Below the pieces are notes generated by a model. That model did not search any database. It was not told the origin of the DNA and saw only the letters and a program-made list of their open reading frames with translations. A stretch of 61,306 bases of DNA, the filler included. It is 10 parts of 10 records of this genome, joined end to end, with 100 filler letters (N's around TTAATTAATTAA, not from the genome) between each part and the next. Parts side by side here need not be neighbours in the genome. Positions count along the whole stretch, not along the records: positions 52,384 to 57,332 come from SRR7504441_2266; positions 57,433 to 61,306 come from SRR7504441_2268; 8 more parts are not named here. One strand, 5' to 3'. The translations under genes and the position numbers were made by a program. Below are positions 55,313 to 61,306 of this stretch, in pieces (positions within the stretch are counted from its first letter, which is position 1; each line of letters opens with the position of its first letter).

Positions 55313-56599
55313 ATGCTGGTTTGGCTCCCGCTTCTGCTTTCGCTGGCCACCACGGCTGCCAGTGACTGGCTGCACGGCTGGGACACGACCGCCGCCATGA
55401 CCTTTGCCGACTTCAACTCGGATGTGCTGCTGACCGACGCGCAGCTGAGCTTCGTGAGCTCTAAGTATCGAGTGGTCAGCCTCGAAAAGTGCACTGGGGT
55501 CCGGTCAAACCTGACCACAGAGACCGCCATCTACGCCACCGCACGGCGGCTGAAGCAGCGGGATCCGACCACCAAGGTGTTCTTCTACCTGGCGACGGAT
55601 CAGCAGGGTATCCAGTGCTACGCGGCAGACAAAGAGTTCCAGGCTCACCCGGACTGGTGGCTGAAGGACGACACAGGGGCGGTGGTCGACGGAGGTGGCC
55701 ACCCGGTGATGGACTGCACCAATCCGGCCGCCCGGGCCTGGTGGCGTGGTATTCCGCTGCGAGGGGAGGGCGATGGCAGGTTTGAGGGGGCCATGGTGGC
55801 GGGGCTGATCGACGGGGTGCTGGCTGACGGAAGCTCGTTCGCCGCGTACCCAAACATCAGCGCAGCAAGGGCCGAGCGGCTGCAAGACGCAAAGTTCCAG
55901 ATGCTGAAGGAGCTGCAGCAAGAGCTCACCGTGGCCAACGACGGGATCGTGATGGCAAACGGGATAGATATGTACCCCCTGCCGCATGCGGATCCGAGAG
56001 ACCCGGACAACCACAATTTGGCGGTGCTCTCATTCGCCAACGGGATTATGAATGAGCACACTGCTGTGTTCGAGTCGGTGAATCCGCACAATGCCTCGTT
56101 CAATATGGAAACGGTAAGCCAGAACCTCGACGCGATTGAGGCCGCAGCCCATATGGCCAACGGGTCGAAGTTGGTGTTCGTCCAGACCTGGCCCGGGCTC
56201 TATGCATCGACCGACTTCTATCCGACGCAGAAGGGACCCGCAAGGGTTTACCCACCGAGTGGAGAGCCGACGCCCCAGACCACCAGCCAGTGGCGGGACG
56301 CGCTCAGATCGCATTTTGCATTTGCTCACGCGATCTTTCTCTCTGTGGCCGAGCAGAATACTTACTGGTTCTACGGTGGCGTGTGGTACCCAAGTACATC
56401 CGGCATCATTGGATGCCCGGACGGGAGCTGCCCGGCGCCGCCAGAGTGGTATCCCGACCTAAAACGACCTCTGGGCAGACCATTAGGTCCGAGGGTCAAT
56501 GTTGGGCCTTACCGATGGCGGCGGCACTTCCAACACTGCACAGTCTTTCTCGACCTGTTTCACCCCAACGCGTCCGGCGTGCAGTTTCACACGCATTAA
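55313..56599 (+). CDS. Secreted putative glycoside hydrolase (GHL15-like TIM barrel), intronless
   Basis: Signal peptide; HPDWWLKD, D.TNPAARAWW, DGVLAD and C-terminal PLGRPLG...WRRHF. Confidence 0.6.
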   Translation: MLVWLPLLLSLATTAASDWLHGWDTTAAMTFADFNSDVLLTDAQLSFVSSKYRVVSLEKCTGVRSNLTTETAIYATARRLKQRDPTTKVFFYLATDQQGIQCYAADKEFQAHPDWWLKDDTGAVVDGGGHPVMDCTNPAARAWWRGIPLRGEGDGRFEGAMVAGLIDGVLADGSSFAAYPNISAARAERLQDAKFQMLKELQQELTVANDGIVMANGIDMYPLPHADPRDPDNHNLAVLSFANGIMNEHTAVFESVNPHNASFNMETVSQNLDAIEAAAHMANGSKLVFVQTWPGLYASTDFYPTQKGPARVYPPSGEPTPQTTSQWRDALRSHFAFAHAIFLSVAEQNTYWFYGGVWYPSTSGIIGCPDGSCPAPPEWYPDLKRPLGRPLGPRVNVGPYRWRRHFQHCTVFLDLFHPNASGVQFHTH

Positions 56600-57432
56600 C
56601 GTTAGTGCATGGTTGTCTCAGTTGACGTCGACTAAGCTTAGACTTCAATGTTTGAGGAGGAACAACGCCTGAGCGGGAGCAAGTAGATTCGTTTTATTTC
56701 TGTTCGGAGCTGATGAACCGGGAAGAGAGGCTTCTAGCGAGGGCTTTATAATCATGTACTATAGCGATGGTGCTAGACCCTTGACTAGTACCATCGTTTA
56801 CTTTGTTTCTAGTTTGTAACAATCATTACAACAAGGAGCAGCCGGTAATGAACAAGTCTACATTCAGTCATTGAAGGGCTACTGGTAGAAAGCTAGGGGC
56901 TAGCCTCCACGTGTCCAATGATGTGCTCAGGCTACAATTCCAGGAATCACCCCGTCGCGCGCTGCACGCTTTATGCGCAACTTTCCCTTGTCTTCATTCG
57001 CCGTACGCACCAGTTGCTCTCTTTGCATTCACATCTGCTGTCTGCCACATTCTGAACATCCACGAAATTAAATTCCTCGTTGACTGGCCCGGTCATGCCA
57101 GATTCCCTCGGTGATCGAGCTTACACCTGCGGTCGGTGAGATCGGCCAGCACTGCCGCGTCTAGATCGAACGCCCACATGTACAGGTGGCGTTGACCCAT
57201 GTCCAACCGAGCGAGTGGTGCAAGTCTTGGCGTTGGGGTCAACCTAACTCTAACGTCCTGATCAGCTGACGGTTGGGGGCCAGTGAGTGTGTAGCTCACC
57301 AGGGCAGGCTTGACTCGGGCATGTGTGACGAGNNNNNNNNNNNNNNNNNNNNNNNNNNNNNNNNNNNNNNNNNNNNTTAATTAATTAANNNNNNNNNNNN
57401 NNNNNNNNNNNNNNNNNNNNNNNNNNNNNNNN

Positions 57433-60400
57433 ACCGCTTAACCCCCCCCGCCCCCGCGCGTCCCTCCACTCGCTGTATATTCAAATGCCCTGAGCGTAGT
57501 CGGAGCACAGCCTCGGCTACTGGTCCTATTCGACCCCTCCCACGGCAGCTCTGCGAGCCCCTCACGCGGCGGGCAGGCGCAGTGTCGCAGACTAAGATCA
57601 CCTCGGACGGCCTCAGCGCCTCGTCCGCTCCCAAGCTGGACGAGTCCAGTCTTCGAAACCCATCGGAGAAAGAGTCTTCAGCGCTGCATAACACGGTGTA
57701 CCAGAATCAACCCGGGTGACCACCCCCGATTCCCTGTCCAGACCTGTCCCGACCTCGCCCCTGCCGTGACTGCGGCTGACCTCGTCGCAGGACTTTGCCG
57801 CACGTGTCGATGACGCCCCCGTTCTTAGAGTTCCAGAAGAGACCGATCTGCATCCCAGTGGTCGAGAACATTGAGGTGAGGCCTTTGCCCACCCCTCCCG
57901 CTGGCTGAGTCGACTGTTGTGGCCGCGCAACCTGGCGTGAACCGCACTCACTCACACTGCGCAGGTGATCAACACCTCAGAGGACGACGAGCTGACCCTG
58001 TTCTCGATCATCACCGACTCGCCGCACTTCCACCCGCCTATATTCAAACAGACGGTGGCTGCCACTGCTGTGCCTCTGAACCAGCCGCTGCCTGGCCAGG
58101 TGCTGGCTCCCCTTGGCAAGACGACTATCTCGGTGATATTCGTGCCGCGGAGCAAGGGCGTACTCGATGGGACACTGGTGATCCAGACCAGTTTAGGCGG
58201 CTTCCTGTATCAGGTGCGCACTAGCAGGCTGTGCCGGCTGACTGACAGCGTTAACACAGGCACACGGGGAGGGCACAGATAACCCGTATAAAGTGTCCCC
58301 ACTGCTAGGGGCGAAGGTGCCCGTCGGGGTGCCCTACTCGCCGCCGATGCTGCTCTATAACCCGTTTGACTCGCCACTGCACGTGAAGGAAGTGTACACT
58401 AGCGAAGGGTTCCTACATCTGAACCTGCCAAAGGTGAGCGCAGCCCTGGGGTGAGTTTACCCGGGGTGCAGGCGCCGAACAAGGAGGTATCGAGTACCAG
58501 CACAGCTGGGCTTTGGGAGCTGATGCCGCACCAAGCGAAGACTGTGATCAACTTGTCATTCAAATCACAGTCTCCGGGCAAGTACCAGGGGTTTGTGCAT
58601 ATGAAGACAGACAGAGACAACTTGGTGATACCTGTAGAGATCCTCGCCATCAAAGGCGGCGTCCATCGCACGCCTGAAGAGCTCGACTTTGAGACGCTCA
58701 CCTCTCCAGTAGAACGCAAGAGTCTCCCTTTGTCACTTCTCAACTCAGGCAGCACTCCGCTGGTGGTTACAGACATCAAAATGCTATCGCCAGATTCGCA
58801 CCTCTCTGTGGACTACAAGAAGCACACGCTACTCGTTCCTGGCGAGGAAACTGTGATAGCGTCAGTCACTTACAGAGGTAGAACAGAAGGCCAGTTCAGT
58901 GGCAAGCTATTGGTGCGGCTCAACAACACAAACCTTGCCAACTCTCGGATGGAGGTGCCGTACAAGGCACGGGTACTGCACGGATCACTAGGTTACTCGC
59001 ACGACAATACTACGTTTGCTGTTGGGCGGATGCCGTTTGAGCCTGTGGTGAAGGACCTGGTGATCACAAACAAGTTCCCTCTTGCCCTGGTGATCCAAGA
59101 CGCAACTGTAGCAGACACCAACTTTACGTTGCTTGGATTCGAGCGGGGGCTAGTGATAAGACCAGGGCACGAGAAAAAGATACTGTCTATCCAGTTCCTG
59201 GCCAGCTCTCCAGAGATGCTTTACCTTGCAGAGCTGAGCCTGACAACGAATGCTTCTGTGCTTAGAATACCGCTTCACTGCTACCACGGCCGACTAGTCT
59301 TCTCTGTGCCGATGAACCAGCGGCTAGCAAGCAGCCAAACAGCCGACAAGGAGGGCCAGCTGGCAAAGGCAAAGCGCAACAACTCGCTCAACCTGATAGA
59401 CTTTGGTGTGCTGGGCGTGAATGAGGTTCGGGCGAGGTCGTTTAATCTGACCAACCTTAATCCAATGCAGATAGTAGTGCACTATCAACCTGGCCTGGCA
59501 ACAGATAGTGAGATTGAGCTCGAGCTTGATGGTGTGTGGGATAGAGAGGGTGTGCTTACGACGAGCCATCACGGCAGCACGAAATGGTCTGATGCTGACG
59601 AACCGGTAGTGGAGCTAGCCCCCGGCAACTCTGCACTCTTCACTGTTAAGGTCACCAGCACCAAGGAGGAGTCACGCCAAGCAAAAATATTCTTCTCAAC
59701 TCAGCATGAGAACATCACAGTGGATATTGCGTATCAGTCTGTTCATGGGTCCCTACAGTTTTCGCCACAGCCGATTCGTTTTGAGCATTCATTTCCTGGA
59801 GCCAAACTCACCAAGCCACTGATGGCCAAGAGTACCTGCAAGCGCCCACTCACCATAACATCCATCACCTCTTCTGACCCTCGGATAATCCCGGTACTTA
59901 CCAAGCAAGTGCTTACACCCAACAAGCAGATGCAAGTAGGCCATCTGGTTTTCAATCCGTCCAAGGCCCCTCCGGAGCGCAACTATATGGCACTCGCGAG
60001 GCCCGACCAGATGAGTTTGAACGGTGAGCCGCTGAGCAAGAAAGACCTGCAGACGTACAGCCGGCGAAACGAGCTGTGGAATGAGATCAGGTCAATCGGT
60101 TCTCAAGCGATCCATGCCTCAATTGTTGTCGACACTGATGTTGTGATGGGCGGGACTGTGAGTGTGCATGGCGGGTTGTTCAAGCCTTCAGTTGTGGCTG
60201 CGGAAGATGCACGTGTCAACTTTGGGCTGGCTCAGGTTGGATCAGTGGTTGAAAACTATGTGAAGGTACACAATCCATCAGACTCATCAGTCTATATGCA
60301 GCTGATCCAGGTCCCAACCAATGCATCGTTGAGCAGCCTGATCCGCAGTGTGACACACAAAGTTCTGCGCTCATCTGACTTTGAGCTTTCGCCAGAGGCA

Positions 60401-61306
60401 ATCAAAGGCACGGTTGTCCCAGCGCACTCCAAAGCCAAGATTGGGCCAATCTTCTTCAAGCCTTCCGACCGGCATACTGTGAACGCTACTTTCCTAGTGA
60501 AGAACAACCTAACGCTGCTCGACCCAATTGTAGCACACGGAGAGGGCGGCTCTGGTTACTTTCACTTCCAGGCTGGGCTTGCGCTGCGGGACTCGCTTCG
60601 TTTTGATCTGAACAAGTCTGACTTTGATGTCCACCTGACCCAGGCTGAGTCAGGAGGGAGACGAGAGCCGATTACGTTCCAGAGAGTGTTCCAGGCCACC
60701 AACAAGGGAAACTTGCCAATCCACATCCACTCGATTGAGGTGAATGGTCATGGATGCTCAGCGTATGGTTTTGAAATCCACAATTGCTCGAGTTTTATGC
60801 TGGAGCCAGACCAGACGACAGACATTCTGATCTCATTCCATCCAGACTTCTCTGCATCGGTGATCAATAGAGAGCTGTTTGTCACGACCTCCCTTGGAAT
60901 TCAGCGAATCCCAGTGATCGCTACCCTGCCGCACCACATGCTACCGCAGCTCGTAGAAGTTGTGGCACCTAGTGCGACCTTTGTTGGCATGCGTCAGCTT
61001 TTCCTGGTATTGGCAGCGGTGGTACTTGTGCTGATAGGGCACGTGTGCTCTGTGGACCTGGCGATGTCGATTTTCAAGACCGATTCACAAAAGAAAGTAG
61101 TCTCTGCACACCGTAAGGCGGGCACTGGTCACTTGAACAGCAAGATGCAGGACGTCTCAGGGGTGAAAGGCGCAGCTGTTGGGGTGAAAGCCAATGGGAA
61201 GAAGGAGGAGAAGGAGGTCAAGAAGGGTACGCTGGTCGACGACCTGCCTAACACAAGCAGCAATGGTGAAACGGCAAAGGCACCCAAGGAAAAGAAGAAC
61301 GAGAAG
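57433..61306 (+). CDS. TMEM131: TMEM131-like protein (partial; long exon from about 58472 runs off the window and is absent from the ORF track)
   Basis: VIFVPRSKG...LVIQTSLGGFLYQ, NPYKVSPLLGAKVP, LYNPFDSPLHVKEVYTS, LVKNNLT, TNKGNLPI...CSAYGF...C and FHPDFS. TM helix at about 60990-61050, then a Lys-rich tail. Confidence 0.85.

Noticed and set aside
57093-57332. 3' fragment of a - strand gene at the contig end
   Set aside because: Too short to assign a function.
6157-57432. Recurring TTAATTAATTAA motif flanked by Ns; ORFs ending in XXX-LIN
   Set aside because: Artificial contig-joining linker, not a biological repeat or CRISPR array.

Overview
This is not a prokaryotic locus. It is ten separate contigs from a compact, GC-rich unicellular eukaryote (probably flagellated; lineage not assignable from this window), joined by nine artificial 100-nt N/TTAATTAATTAA spacers. 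Genes carry tiny spliceosomal introns (mostly 36-50 nt, frequently GC-AG), so the ORF track fragments most of them. Many genes sit head-to-head with only about 45-100 bp between start codons. Recognisable genes: multi-TM class 3 lipase, ureide-permease-like transporter, ARM-repeat and ankyrin proteins, NudC/CS protein, FKBP12, glycine cleavage H protein, tektin-like/EF-hand protein, RNR large subunit, GLE1, START protein, PI-PLC-X protein, palmitoyl-protein thioesterase, rhomboid, WD40 protein, SMARCAL1-like SNF2, a divergent actin-related protein, two secreted glycoside hydrolases and TMEM131. The standout is one spliced gene (45037-50058, 13 predicted introns, about 1457 aa). It fuses a CYP74-clan-like cytochrome P450, a roughly 7-TM membrane block, an EF-hand, a further TM helix and a complete iron lipoxygenase. 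This looks like a membrane-anchored, possibly Ca2+-gated, single-chain oxylipin synthase. All family assignments come from motif recognition by eye; no database searches were run.
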